A DNA stretch of 63,738 bases, the filler included, from Sphacelaria rigidula (taxonomy: Eukaryota), in the NCBI GenBank assembly GCA_964200075.2. It is 5 parts of 5 records of this genome, joined end to end, with 100 filler letters (N's around TTAATTAATTAA, not from the genome) between each part and the next. Parts side by side here need not be neighbours in the genome. Positions count along the whole stretch, not along the records: positions 25,540 to 38,207 come from CAXNAA020003522.1; positions 38,308 to 50,975 come from CAXNAA020003523.1; 3 more parts are not named here. The stretch is one strand, 5' to 3'. The notes under the pieces were generated by a model. The model worked only from the letters and a program-made list of their open reading frames with translations, searched no databases and was not told the origin of the DNA. A program made the position numbers and the translations under genes. Shown here in pieces: positions 25,540 to 38,835 of this stretch (positions are counted from its first letter, which is position 1; the number at the start of each line of letters is the position of its first letter).

Positions 25540-25910
25540 CCCCGCCCCCCCCCGCAGTGGCGGGGGTGGGTCACGGTCCAACGGACAAAGGCAACAACAC
25601 TAAGACGCCCCCCCCCCCCCCCCCCCATCGTAGGATGACTCTTCAATGCGCTGCGCACAGCCGCGTTTTGCATGCCTTTGTTACGCGACACGCTCCGGTA
25701 TATGTACGAGTGGGACACACACCCTTATGTCGAAGATGCTTGCCTAAAATACCTTGATTGACTCATCAATTTTTCCCACATGTTTTTATTTCAAGTTTGC
25801 GCCAGCCTGTAGTTACACTCACAATTTGCTGTGTTCCTTACGGCGGACTCTCTGTTGTGTGCGTGTGCGTGTGCGTGTGTGTGTGTGTGTGCGCGCGCGC
25901 GTACAAACAG

Positions 25911-28713
25911 CTGCGAAGGTGATATCCTGGAGCGCGGGAACGTATATTTCAGCGTGCTTCACGAAGGCGCCCTACCGCACGTCCTGGAGAACATGGACGA
26001 TATGAGGCAGCTGGACCAGGTCGCGGGCCTGGGGACAGGGGCACCCCCCGTCAAAAACACCAGCAACGGTCAAACGCCTACACCTCGACCACCATCTACC
26101 ATCACGACGACGACCACCACCACTACCCCAATAGACGACAGCGGTACCTCACCACCCCGGGATACCGGTACCCGAACCGACGCTCGAGACCTCCAAACAG
26201 ACAATGTCTTGACGGCGGCAGGAACTGACCCGCATTCGCCAGAGGCTGCGGCTTCCGCGGCGGCAGCTGCCGCGGGTAAGGCGGGAACACTAAACTCGAG
26301 CGCACGGGAGGCGGCGGGGGAACGGTCGACCGACGGTAAGGGAATTGCCAGCGAGCAGGACGCTGCGACGGCGACACCACCGCAGCCACCGCCTCCACCG
26401 GGGGGTGGCGGTGCAGGATCGTTGTCGCCTGGATATGCGGGGTCCGGGGTGCGGGTCAAGGCCACCGGATTGCCCGTGATTGGTCCGCCCAAGCGGGTAA
26501 TGCTGCTACCCGAGGTGCATCCTCGGTAAGGAAGGGGTCTTGTTTTTGTTCGCTCTTTTTATTTTCGTCAACTCTCCCTGATATCAGGAAGGGGTAACTT
26601 GACTGCTGTGTTGTTGCAGACGCCGATTTTTGGCACACTTTTGTGGTTCGGGGGGGGTCACGGCCTGCTCTCGATGAGGCACGTCGCCGTCTGCAATAAC
26701 TGCGGATCCGCAGAATTGTATCGCTTTATGGAGGGTATGAAAAAAATCGGCGGATGTTGATGCATAAGATCGGACAGTTTCGTCACGCAAATGGACGCCT
26801 CCCTCTGTCTGCTGAGATGAACCCCCTCTTCTGTGTGAGTTCACGCGGTGATGCTGTTCGCATTTGAGTTCCGACCGCTGGTCTCCCTTGTCGATGACTA
26901 TATGTTCTATGTTGGATTTTAGGTGCATAGCTCTGCTGGACTACGACGGAAACCTGGTAACGATGCAGCTCAGCAACGGCGAAGTGAAGGCCGTGGCAGA
27001 AGGGGTGGAATCCGTGGTAGATCTATCGGTGAGGACAGGTGACGTCACCTTGCTCTTGGCGCGTCCCAGAGTTGGTGATTGCTAAATTTTTCACGCATTT
27101 TCCATTACGCGGGGGGGGGAAGTGATCACTTGGCTCTGTCGGTGGCGCAAAAGACCGAGTCATTTTGTTACATATTACGGCGAGAACGGTATTGAACTCG
27201 ATTCCTCCTGTCGGATATTTTCATATGCCTTTGTAGAGTAATCAATCGCTGGAGGCAAATGCGACCGCTTCTAACCCTTCCCGGGCAACGTGCGCCTGTC
27301 TTTGCAACAGATGACGTGTGTTCTCCTTGGGAATATGGGTTCGGAATGCTCGAGTGATGACCTGTCGAAACGGCAGGAGATGGTGTTGGATCACTTGTAA
27401 CGCGTACGTTCACGTAAACACACCCTCCACACATGCGCATGAGCTGTCTCTCTCTCCGTGCTGTCTACTACAGGGGGTTTCCGAGGCTTGGGAGGCGTGG
27501 GAGATGCCGCTGCTCATACACCCTTGCTATCTCTTGCGACGGAGAGGGAAGGTGGGTGGCGGTGGAGGCGTTGGCGGCGGCGGCGGGTGGGGTCAAGGGT
27601 CGATGGAGAAGGGTGGCGATGAAGGTGAGAAATACCAAGTGACGGCAGGAGTTGAGAAAAAGTTCTATGCGTCGTTTTTCACTTTTGCTCGACTTGCTCC
27701 GCACCTCCAGGGACGATGCAGATGTTTCGTTCACATTTGGAAGTAATGGCTGCTGTTGCGAATCCGGCTCAAGCAAGTTTGCGGCGTAGTACATATACAC
27801 GTTAAAAGCCTCTGCCGATACCTCCTGTTATCTGAGTCTTTCCCACCACTACATTTTTTTTTCACTGTGCATCGCAGTGCTTCCCATCAATCTTGTCACT
27901 ACGCATCGTGATGCTTTCCATCCTGTGTTCTCAACCCTTCCCCCCTCCCCCCCACCCCCACCCTACCGGCCCATCCCGAACCAATGTGACGTTGTACAAC
28001 ACCCCCTGCCTGTTGTTTCCAGAAATGTCGGAGGAGTATTCCGTGTGGTGTCCTGCAATGCGCCTAGATCCGTGCCCGCCATCCGTGCAGAGATTACTCC
28101 GGGGCGGGGGCGGCGTAAGAGAGGCGCTATCTCCGGTGTTGTCACTTAATCCAGGGGCCAGCTGTGACCCAGAGCGCGTCGACCTAGGTCTACAACCACT
28201 GCTGGGTACTATGGTGCATGTCTCGCAGGTGCACCGTCATGTACATGTATTGAATTCCGGTGTCTATCCGCTGAGTATCGGGGGGGTGGAAAGCTACTCG
28301 GAAAAGTAGCTTGGATGTGTGTATTGGTGAACCCTAGACCAATCATGGGGGAGCAAGTTTGCCAATCAGATCCCGAAGCGTCACCATTCTGTATCTGGGG
28401 GATCTTATCGAGACAAGAAAAAAAACCCGGGAGAAGAAAAATGCGTTCAAGAGTAGCATGTTGATCAGACGCCGCGACCATAGACCCGCCCGGCAATCAG
28501 TCAACATGCGGCATTTTGACGCTTGTTCCTTTTCCCGCTTTTTTTTTCTTGTGTCGATAAGACGCGGCCTTGATCTCTCTCTTGCTTTGGGTCGGCCATT
28601 TCTTTTTGCGCTTTGCTTGTGTTGAATTTTTATTACTTTTTTTTTTGTCACGACTTAGTCTGCTATGTCGTTCTGTTCGACCCCTCTTTCTTTTTTTTTC
28701 TTTTTTTTTTTTT

Positions 28714-28757
<44 letters not shown>

Positions 28758-31730
28758 CCGTTTTGTTGTTGTTGATTTTTTTTTTCTTTTTTTTTTGTCT
28801 CGTCTTAGTCTGCTTTGTCGTTCTGTTCGTCCCCTCTTTCTTTTTTTTTCTTTTTTTTTTCTTTTTTTCCTGTTCCTTTTTTTTCCCTCCTTAGAGCGTG
28901 TTTGAATTCCGTTTGTCTTGAGTACGTCTGTCATGAGACCACGACTGGACCCCTGAGCGGTCAGTTAAAGTGCGACAATCAATCAGTCAATCAATCAATC
29001 AATCAATCAATCTTGACTGTGACTGATTGATTGTCAGAATGGGTCGTGCGTGTACAACGCAGAAAGTGCACATGAAAATTCCCTGGGGCAGCACGATGTG
29101 GCGAGTGAGAAATTTGTGAGCTTTATTTGTGAAGGTATCAAGCAAAGACAGGGGAGCATTTCGTTCGTGCCTTTGCTCCCGCGCACCCCGCCCTCCTGGG
29201 GGAGGGAGCGTTCCTACTGACTCTGTAACTGAGCGTATATGTAGGTAAATTTGTAGCGTGAGAAAAAACTGCACGAGGAAGCGGGGCGATGACTCCTTTG
29301 TGGACTTTGCGTTGTGTTCGAGGGTGTGCGGACCTATGTGCCTTGTGCCAGTGTTGTTGCTATAGCTGTACAACCGTCTGGTCGCATGTCACCCGCCCCA
29401 CCATCAGCCCATTTTAGGCTCACGTATGCTTTTTTGTGTGTAGTGTGCCGTTGTCGGGTGCACGTCACGCGCTACACATTCAATCCTACTCTACATCTCC
29501 GCTGATGTAAGACCCTGGAACAAGCTGGCAGATACGTACTCGTCTGCCGAGCTATTCCGAACAATGAATGACTGTAACGGATTGTTGTGTGTGTTGTCAT
29601 CCCATCTATTCTGGGCGCCGGTCTGCCCCTTTCGGTATATGCGGGCGCACCAGCCGGGGTCACACAGGAGGAAGGTCAACACAGGAGCTTTCTATGTTTT
29701 CTTTGTTCTTAGTACCCCACCTTCCTTCTGCGGTGCATGCCTTTGTTTTTTATCGCGAGAGGGGTTCAGCAGTCTCTTTCCCTCGTCGACCGTTACGTTG
29801 AATTTTGTGTACCCACGACGTGGTCGCTCTCCACTGTTGGGCATGGTGTGAGAAAAAACCCACCCAACCGTCAGAAGGTTTCGAGGTTACCAACTGAGCC
29901 ACCGGGGCGACCAGTACATACCTACTATTTCCCATGTTCGATAAGTCTGCTCGGTTTCGTCTGTGGAAAACCTCCACCCTTTGAGAACCCTCCCCTTTCG
30001 TCCCCGGGCCCGACGCCTCATTATTCCAAGCCCTGACAAAGAAAATATGGGAGCACAAAAGACCGACGTCAACTATTTTTACGGTGGAACGTCACAGAAA
30101 AACCCACCGGCATACGTCATGCTCGCATTAAAAATGTCACCTCAGTGAAGTCGGATTAGGTTTGTCCAACCATGGGACCCAACGGGTCAAGTGTGTTGGA
30201 CTTTGTGCACACAGCCAAAATTAGCACTTGCGTGCCTGAACTGTATACACACAAGAATTGGTACCACCTCTCTATTTTCTATATACTGAATCCCGTCCTG
30301 CAATGGGGCACATTTTTATACGGGTCTGAAAAACACGCGTCGAGCTATTAGCTTTGCGTGAAAGCTGTAAAAACTCAACTATATGTCGTTAAAAAAAACA
30401 GCACCTCGAGATCCACACTTTTCTATCGCCAGTGCCACAAGGATTAACCATGTCCAAATCTGTTCTTCGTTTTTTTCTTTCATGGAATTTTTTCAAATCG
30501 AAATAGGTTTTTTTTTTTTTTTTTTTGTTACCGTTTCCCCCATGCGGCAAAACTGCCGGAAAAAAACAGTCGGCCCGGCCCGGAAATGGCCGTATTTCGC
30601 CCCGTCTGCGGAATCATTCAATCAATCAATCCGGAGGGCAAAAGAAAACCGGGGGAAAAAATGGCGAAAAAAGCCAGTCTTCGTTATAGCTTACCTCTTG
30701 TACAGAGGTTAGCCACCTCTTGTCCTGAACCACATTGTCACGTTATCACTTCTGTCATGGCACAAAAATGGCAAAAATCGGTCGAAGTTTGTCCAAACTG
30801 GATTTTAAGTGACTGAAGTTGGGGCAATAGAATCTATTCTGGCCCCGAATTGTGTTTTCAATAAATATATGTTTTTAATGTTCATGTCTTATGAGCATCT
30901 TCGTCATTCCTTCTCTTCACCAATCTTAACTAGAGCTTTGAAATACCCTCGTTCGGGAGATACGACCTGTACCCCATATAACCGAGCAGTCTTATGGCAC
31001 AGAGGAAGTGTATTTATTGGGTTGATACGAAAATACAAAACATACCGCAAAACCTTGACGGCTGGCTCGTACAATATTGCGACTAAATTGCCGAGTATCG
31101 TCATGATCCTGTCGGCCGCGTGTTGATGTCTTGATCGTACACGTCATGGGGGCGCGCGAGGAGGTGCTTCGAGTGTCGTCTCGTGCTCTTTGGTATTGTG
31201 GGGGAATGCATCTTTTTTTCCCCCTCGTATCTCACTGACACTCGCATTATATTTCAAGGTCTTGGATTTTGGAGGTTACTCAGCTGATGATCTATGCTAT
31301 CGTGGACGCGCTATATATGGTTCAGGGGAAGAATCAAATATTCCCCCCGGATAGGTTGGTACTTACGTATGTATGCTGCTGTACCTCAAACGAGTGGAAC
31401 GTACAAATCTTTTCCAGACCCTAGACATTGTATGGTCAATAGTTGCAACAGACGAAAAATGTACTGCGTGAAGTATAGACCTATTGCAACTATTTTTGGC
31501 CAACAATGATTGGAATAGGCCTATCCTTACCGCATTATATTTTTTGTCTATTGAAACTATTGACCACATATTGTCCGGGGTGTAATCTTCTTGTATTCGT
31601 GTGCAATCCATCTTCTAGCCCCGTCTGAACACCCCCCCCCCCCCCCCCCCCACTCCCCCCCCCCCCCCCCTGCCNNNNNNNNNNGTGCGCGGTGGGTTGT
31701 CTCTTTGTTTTGCTCTCCACTCCCCCTCCG

Positions 31731-31766
<36 letters not shown>

Positions 31767-34700
31767 CCCCCTACCTCTGCCGCCGCCGCCGCTTTCGTAT
31801 GTTCTCCTCTCGCCGTGTCATGAACCGCTGCCCTCACTTCGACAAAACCACGAATACTACATTATCCGACAATGTTCAGGTTGTTTGCCGCCCTCGTGTC
31901 GCAAACATCCCGCCGCTCCCGCCGTGCTACGAGCTGCGCACGCACCTCCGACCCATCCTGCACATGGTACTCCGCCACCTGCTCATCGTCAGCCAGCTGC
32001 AGCTCTTGGACTGTTCGCTGCCGCCACCGCCCCCCGCTGCGGTGCCGCGCCCTGACGCTCGCCGACAGAGCGCTCTGTCGCTCGTCAGGACTGGAGGCGG
32101 AAGCCCGTTCGACCGGCGATGGGAGGAAGGACGCGGCGGCGGGGGGGGCGATGGCAGTAGGTTCGGCGGAATACTTCGACGTCATAGCAGTGCTGGTATC
32201 AGGGCGGTTGAGGCCAACGAGAGTGGGAATGGGAACGGCATTGACACCAGCACTAGAGCGAGCGGAAGTGGCAAGTTTGATGTGGCGGAGACCGGGCGAG
32301 AGGCGCCACCCGCTGCTACGGGAGTCTCGGTGGAGACTCCTGGTCGTAGTAGTGGTGGTAGCGGCGGTAGCGGCGGCAGTTGCGGTAGCGATATTGTAGC
32401 TGAGGGTGAGCGATCAGGGAGAGGCACAATGCATGGAGACGATGGGGCGGTAGAAGAAAAGGGGCGTGCTGGTGAGTATGCGGAGAAAGCTGGGCAGGAC
32501 AGAGGGGACGCGGCGGGGCCCGCGGGCGTGAAAGAGCGAGACTGGATCGGTACCAGCAGCGACGCTTTCGAGATTGCTGTTGCCGTCTTGAAGGTGAGTC
32601 TTTTTTCGCGTGTTTTTTCATCCGTTGGGAATGGGTTACATGGTGAATTTTCACCACACGCTTGATTACGCCTTGCTCCCCGTCTCGACACGAGATGTTT
32701 ACACGAACGGCGGCTGCTGTTTCAGCGAAGGTGATGGTGAGCCATGTCCTGTCCGGTTTTACTTCGCCCCATGCCATTGTCATCGCCTTCACCCCGCCCA
32801 CTTCAGCCGTTGTCGTCCTTGCTAATCTTCGTAACTTCACAGAGATGCCGAGAAGATGACGTCCTCGTTGAAGCCCTGCCAGATACATTGGAGTTGCTTG
32901 TGAGGGCGTGCATGGAGGCCCTCAACCTGGCCGGGCCGCGCACCCGCAAAGAGGCCGCCGCCGCCGCCGCCGCCGCTGCTTCAGCGACGCCATCCCGCGT
33001 CAACGGCGGCAGCGGCAGGAATAACAGCAGCAGCAGCAGCAGCAGCGGCGGCGGCGGCGGAGGTAGCATCAAACCAATATCCGAGCTGGAGTTGGCACGT
33101 GCCGTCATGACGGACTGTGTTTATCTCGCGCAGCTGGCGCCGGAGTGCTTCCACGAGGTGATTGCCCGCGTGGCGAGGAAAGCCGAACCCGAACTTTACT
33201 CGCTACTGTTTCCTTTGCATCTTGTGAGCGGCGGAGGAGCTGAAGAGGGCGGCGTCAAGGTCGAAGGGCTTGAAGGAGAAGGGGAAGGGGTGCGGAAGGA
33301 GGGTGAGGAGTACGTGGGGGTGGGGTCCGGTGGGTGGGGGAGGTGGGTGCACCCGACGCACTTGTTTCACGAGTGCGTGTTGGCGGGGAGGCTGACGACG
33401 GCGGCGTGGTACTTACCGTTGGTGCGAGATGACGTCGCCTACGATACCTCTCAGAGGTGAGAAATTGGGTGTGCATGAGTAGCTAATGGTTCATTCATCC
33501 GATTAGGTGGATGTATTCCGGGTGGTTGATGGTGTTGCTGTACAGGCCGGTTCAGGGTGAACGGCCGGAATTGACTCCTCAGGGATCGCTCACGCCGTGT
33601 TTTAGGGTTTGTTTCTGAAATTTTGCATACGGATGCTCTGAGATATTTAGATGGGCTGTATGAATAGGGTCTTTCGAGTTTTTTTTCTTTAATCGCCAGA
33701 TATCCGGCGTCCCAAGAGGGGCGGTCGGACCCCCCCTCCTCGGACCGCGTATATCTGGCGAAAAAAAAAACCATCTGAAGACCCCATTAATATAGCCCTC
33801 CTGAATATTTCAGAGCATCCGTAAGCAAAATCCCTCTGTCTAACTCCGATGATGTTCGCGGAACCTCACCAACTACTTGATAGTAGAATGCTACCGACGT
33901 TTCCTTGTGCGTTTGAGCTGAACTCGACCGTTTGGGATCAGCTTTTCGAGCTGCGCAACGAAAATTGTACAAATGTTCGTTGGATTGCCTCGGGACGAAT
34001 CAGACTTCATTTTTCTGATTTTGAAGCAATCTATACCGGCTTTTGTGGGTCTTGGTGCTGGGATCCCCGAAAGCTGGTCAAGAGCGGATTAACTTAAAAA
34101 TATTCTCTAACGATTTTTTCCCCATTCGTAGCATCCATATCTATCAAACTACCAAGGTTGAGGATGATCGGACATTTTCTACGAAATTTATAAGGAAAAA
34201 TATCAAGAAGAGACTTTCTGGGTTTTCGATGGATATCATCAGTGGAAATCCGACGACGCCAACACCCCACATCATCGAAATACCACGTTTCGGGGTATAA
34301 GTAGATCCCACACAACTCGCTTCCAAATATGTATTTTGCGTCAGATTCCCTAGCTGATGGCGGGTTACTAGTGTTCGATTCGTGATGGAATTGGATACAA
34401 ATTGTGTCGGGAATTCGCATTTTCGATTCAAGAACAGTTTGAATGCCCCCGATTGGCCGAGGAATATTTTCACGACCAGCGCCATGGCAGAGGACGGAAC
34501 AAAAAAAATAGCCATGTCACACTACTGTTATGGGTAGGAATGGAGGCCGATTTTGGGTACTATGTTCTGGGAAAGTGCGCACCGATCTCTGCACGGTATG
34601 CAATATGAACGGAGCCCACATGAGCCAATCAGTTAAATGACGACCACGCTCATACAAAATGTACTGATATTATCGTACATTCTACAAGAAACCTGTGACT

Positions 34701-37700
34701 GACCCTGTTGTACACCTGTACACAAGATCACGACAACAGGAGCATGGAAACTGTTTCTCGTGTTGTTGCTGTGCCCCTCTTGTTGGAGCATGCTGCTGCG
34801 CTGATCGCGCGATGCTTACATCTCGGCAACCAAGCGCAGGATTGGACTGCGGTTTCTTGCGTACGCTTCCCACACACCCAATCTAGTGCGAGATGTCACG
34901 CTCATGCCTTTGCGCGTTATTCTAAGCCGCCAACAACCCAAATATGCCAAAAAATAACGTGTTTTGCGGGTTTTGGGGACTTTCCCGGTCCGCTGTCGGC
35001 AATTGAGCAAAGTGTGTAACAAGGTTCCCTACCTGTTGTGTGTATGCGGGTGTGTGTGAAGTGCCGTGGGCCGGCTTTGCTTTCTGTGTCGAGAACAGCG
35101 CGATCTCAAGTGCTACAGCTGTCGCATACTAAACCAAGTTAATAAGTGATGAAGAGTGTGTTGTGTTCGGGAAGGGCCTCGGCACAGGTGCGATCACCTG
35201 CTGACGTGTTCATTATTCCTCTGCGCTTTTATTACTCATCTTGTAGTGGGGATTTTTTGGTCGTTAGGCCCCCCATTCCGATTCATAACTGTCGGCGTGC
35301 TAGTGGGGGGTCATTGTGATACCCGTTTCTATCGAGTTAGTTTTGAGTTCCATATGTAGTGGGAATAAATTTTGGGCATTCACCTTGAACCAGCCTATAG
35401 TAACGCACGAAAGAGGAAGGCGGGTAGGATGGAGAAAAACATTCGATTATACGTACGATGGCGTCATCATGATTGTTTTCGTTTTTTTGTGTGCAGTTTC
35501 TTCGTGCAATCTTGGTTTTCTTGTGACGACACTTTCTACGATAGCCCCCCCCCAGAACCAGAACCAGAACCAGAACCAAACCAGAACCAGCCCAAAAGTG
35601 TCACGAAAAAATGGCCATGCAGCGTCTGATGTTTGGATTCAGGCAGCAGGAAGCGCCTCATATGGGCAACATTGGCGGGAACGAACCCAAGCGTGGGGAT
35701 TCCCAGCTGCTCATTGTGCTCGACTTTTTCCATTTCGATTTACGTGAACATTTTCCCTCCCCAAACCAGGCACTTTTGGGGGGGGGGCTATCGTAGATAG
35801 TGTCTGACGTGAAGACTGCAGTTCCTTATTCTGCAGTATTCCTTTGTTGATTGTATACGGATGGATTATTGACTCATCTTGTGGTGAACTATACTCAAGG
35901 CTAGGCCATCCTCACCCCCGTGCTCTCCGCCCTGTCTAGGGACGCCGGCCGCGATGGTCCTCTTTCCGATGAGGAGCGGGAGAGCTTCATGCCCTTGGAC
36001 ATGTGGGCCCTTTTGAGCAAAGATTGGTCGTTCGGCCTCAGCCACGCGCTTGCGTGTGTGCTCTTGGCGGAAAGTCTGTCCGCCAAGCAGGTGCGTGTGG
36101 TGTGACGTGCAACGCCGGTGTTATTTTGGATCTTGAAACCTACGGTAATGGTGGTGACGTTGACGCGACGGCGGTTGTTTTTACAGCAAGGGCGGTTGTC
36201 AGTTGTTCAGTGGTGCACTGCTGGGGGATTCCACCCGTGTGTGGCTGACCGCTGTAGGAGCGTGGATAAGCGACTGCAGAAGTCTGAACGTTTACCGGGG
36301 ATTTGACCCCGAGTGTTGTACACCGACAACGGGCACATGATGGATAAGATAAAAACAACTCCGCGAAGCTGTCGGGTTTCCTTACGTTTTGCTGATGGTT
36401 GAGTCCGCAACTGACTCACGTGTGCTGCGGAGGCAAGCTCATGAGAGTGACACGTGTGGCCGAACAGAATTAGAGAGAAACCAATGCTTGACGGGGTCAT
36501 CTCGTGGAATTCGTGTCCTGGAAGATTAGGAACACCCTAAAAGGCTAACAGTGATATCCTATGCGTCCCTGCCCCCCCCCCCGTCATCGTCGTCGTCGTC
36601 GTCGTCCTCAATCTTGCACTGGTGCGCACCCCCACGCACGTACGCAAAAACTCGCTTCCCAGCATACCCTCTTACCCGAGTTGTGGATGTTTGCCACCAA
36701 GCGCGAGCAGTCGACACCTCTTCACCACCTCCATAACCTTAACAACAACCCCAGCGACAACTGCCACCATCATAACCGCCACCGTCGCCAGAGATCGTCT
36801 CAACAGTCCGCATCCTCCAACAGCTACATCAACGGCAGTAGTAGCAGCAGCGGCAACAATACCGATAGCCAAAACGCGACCGACCGGCGCTACTGGAGCA
36901 CCGCTAACGCATACCGTATGCCGTGGTTTAAGCGGGGTCAGGGGGCGGTGATGGAGGCCGCTAATGCTAAGGCGACGGAGTTCGCGAGAGAAGCAGCAAT
37001 TGCGGCAGACGCAAAGAACAGGGCGGCGTGGAACAGGGGGAAGGATGGCCGACATCGGACCGGTCATGGCAGAGCAAGCACCGGCGGCTTCGGTGCCGGG
37101 GTAATAGGGGCGAATTTGTCGTGGGCGTTGCGGAGGGATTCCGATCTGCTGGCGTCTGAGGGTCGAGAGGAAGAGGACGAGGCGGAGATGGAGGCATTGG
37201 TTTCGGGAATGGGGGGGGGAAGGGGCACGGGGCAAGGTACTCTTTTCGCCAGGAGATCTGCTCTCCGTATGCGGGCCCTACGACGGTGTGTGTACATGTG
37301 TGTGCGCGTGTGCTGATAACCTGGTTTTGCCAAGTGTGTCAGGGTTACGGGGGAGGGCAGGCCTCCGTAAACATGTCGCACGGTTCGCTGTAGTTTGGTA
37401 GCTCGTCGTGCTTGTCTTAAATCACGACTCGACTGTTGGCTTCCCGCTCGTGTGTGCATTTGTAGGCAAGAGGCAACCTACAGCACGTTTCCTTGTCACA
37501 CGAATATATACAATTAGTTGTTGAACAAAAAATCATTGTAATATTACACGTGAAATCCCCCCCCCTCCCTTCCACCACGGTAAACGTACATCGCCTCTTC
37601 ACCCTCTGCTTCTAGTATTTTTAGTTCAACTGCCGCGTCCTCGTGATCTAAATTCCTCCTTACTACTTCACCAATTTCATGGTATCACAATCAAGGCCGA

Positions 37701-37855
37701 ACCGACTCGGCGATGCAGCAGCGGAGGTCGGTGCCGAGGAAGGGGATAGGAGTCCAGGTCAATCAACAGTCGGTGGGAATAACACCGAGTCAGCTCACGC
37801 AGCGGTGACGCCTGTGACTGTCGCGAAACGTCTTTCCGCTAGTGCTGCGTACCAG
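25911..37855 (+). CDS. RIC1: RIC1-like protein (RAB6 GEF complex subunit), partial multi-exon gene
   Basis: Exons 25911-26525, 26923-27028, 27474-27624, 28023-28228, 31880-32593, 32843-33456, 35650-35692 (tentative micro-exon needed for phase), 35905-36090, 36663-37285, 37696-37855. RIC1-domain hallmarks: PCYELRTHLRPILHMVLRHLL, DTLELLV, FHEVIARVARKAEPELYSLLFP, PTHLFHECVLAGRLTTAAWYLPLV, LLPELWMF. Confidence 0.85.
28540..29032 (+). mobile_element. T-rich 3' end of a (TCAA)n-tailed retroelement with an internal duplication of about 150 bp
   Basis: Ends CTGGACCCCTGAGCGGTCAGTTAAAGTGCGACAATCAATCAGTCAATCAATC, the same terminus as at 17057-17105 and 46668-46720. The block TTAGTCTGCTxTGTCGTTCTGTTCG occurs twice. 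Confidence 0.65.
29585..29912 (-). mobile_element. tRNA-derived SINE family 1 (B-box region deleted)
   Basis: Head GGTCGCCCCGGTGGCTCAGTTGGTAACC; tail GGGATGACAACACACAC. Confidence 0.85.
33543..34718. mobile_element. TA-flanked Tc1/mariner-type MITE-like element in a RIC1 intron, same family as 13756-14889
   Basis: TA|CAGGCCGGTTCAGGGT ... GACCCTGTTGTACACCTG|TA. Internal hairpin at 33621-33830; body homologous to about 14350-14660. Confidence 0.7.
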
Positions 37856-38096
37856 GTGCGCTGAGCGCTTGTTCGATCGGTCCGTCTGCTGGATGGTTGA
37901 TTGGTCAGGTGTCCGTCGGAAGATAGGTCTGTGCGTTCTCTTTATTCTCGTTGTTGGGTTCTGGCATTGTGGGCTGCGTGTGTCCGGGGAATCAAAGTGG
38001 TACACCATGGGTGAGTTTTGGCGAAGTTCGTGGGTTCCACTACTGACAGATGCTATTCCAGTGTTCTGTTCGGGATTATGTTTTCCATCGTTTGCC

Positions 38097-38207
38097 GGTC
38101 GCCCCGGTGGCTCAGTTGGTAACCTCAAAACCTTCTGACGGTTGGGTCGTGGGTTCGAATCTTGGTGCAGTCACACGATCTGGGATTTTTTCTCACACCA
38201 TGCCCAA
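38097..38207 (+). mobile_element. 5' tRNA-like head of SINE family 1, cut by the contig end
   Basis: A box TGGCTCAGTTGG and B box GGTTCGAATC, followed by GGGATTTTTTCTCACACCATGCCCAA as in the other copies. Confidence 0.8.
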
Positions 38208-38307
38208 NNNNNNNNNNNNNNNNNNNNNNNNNNNNNNNNNNNNNNNNNNNNTTAATTAATTAANNNNNNNNNNNNNNNNNNNNNNNNNNNNNNNNNNNNN
38301 NNNNNNN
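38208..38307. other. Artificial contig linker
   Basis: N-run + TTAATTAATTAA + N-run. Confidence 0.97.
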
Positions 38308-38325
38308 GGAAGTACACTGCCTTAT

Positions 38326-38835
38326 GGGGTGTACTCATGACCTTGCATGTCATAGTCGTATGACCATTGCCCTCGCGTCCCTACTAAGCCGGGACGGAGC
38401 ACGCCGAGTTTTCGCCGGACCAGGCTCCCACTCAATCACCAAGCGCGAAGTACCGTCGTGTGTTCGGCGAGTCGCAAGAAAGGTGAACTGCATCCTGCTG
38501 AGATCGTTCGGCCTGGAGCGTATTGATTATCTTGCATTTGGATGACAGCCTCGAATAAGTTGCTTCATTTTCTGGTATCGCCACTTTCAGAGATAGCCAC
38601 GGCTAATAGACTGCCTCATGGATGTCTTACCATGTTCCAAAACTACGTAAAATGATCATCTCCTTTGCGCGGAGTTGAGGTTCTCCCACCCCGCACAAAA
38701 CGATCTAGCTCGACCACCATCACGGTAACCGCAAAAAAAAAGAAAGCTCTCAAAAAATCGGTAACCTGGTAGCCTAGCTTACGCAGTGAGTGGCGTGTTC
38801 AACAGCGTCACCGCCAACCACCGCCAACCCCTTAA
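38326..38835 (-). mobile_element. About 500-bp retroelement of poly(C)-tailed family C
   Basis: The + strand starts GGGGTGTACTCATGA...GACCATTG...TCCCTAC...GGGACGGAGCACGCC. Other copies at 12771-12828, 22381-22422, 47255-47750, 47945-48431, 56861-57112, 62460-62612 and 63669-63738. Confidence 0.75.

Noticed and set aside
28497..28934. Lys/Arg-rich and Phe-rich ORFs
   Set aside because: These are translations of poly(T) low-complexity retroelement UTR; the duplication may be partly an assembly artefact.
31630..31775. Proline/glycine-rich ORFs over long C/G runs (also 12580-12650, 41510-41670, 57115-57250)
   Set aside because: These are homopolymer tracts next to small N gaps, i.e. low-quality non-coding sequence.
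22520..37855. COG4 + RIC1 as a Golgi-trafficking gene cluster
   Set aside because: They lie on different contigs separated by an artificial linker.
38097..38175. tRNA gene
   Set aside because: It has A/B boxes but no proper acceptor stem or cloverleaf, and it continues into the SINE body seen in other copies. The same applies to B-box motifs near 4955, 22215, 41270, 43360 and 44155.
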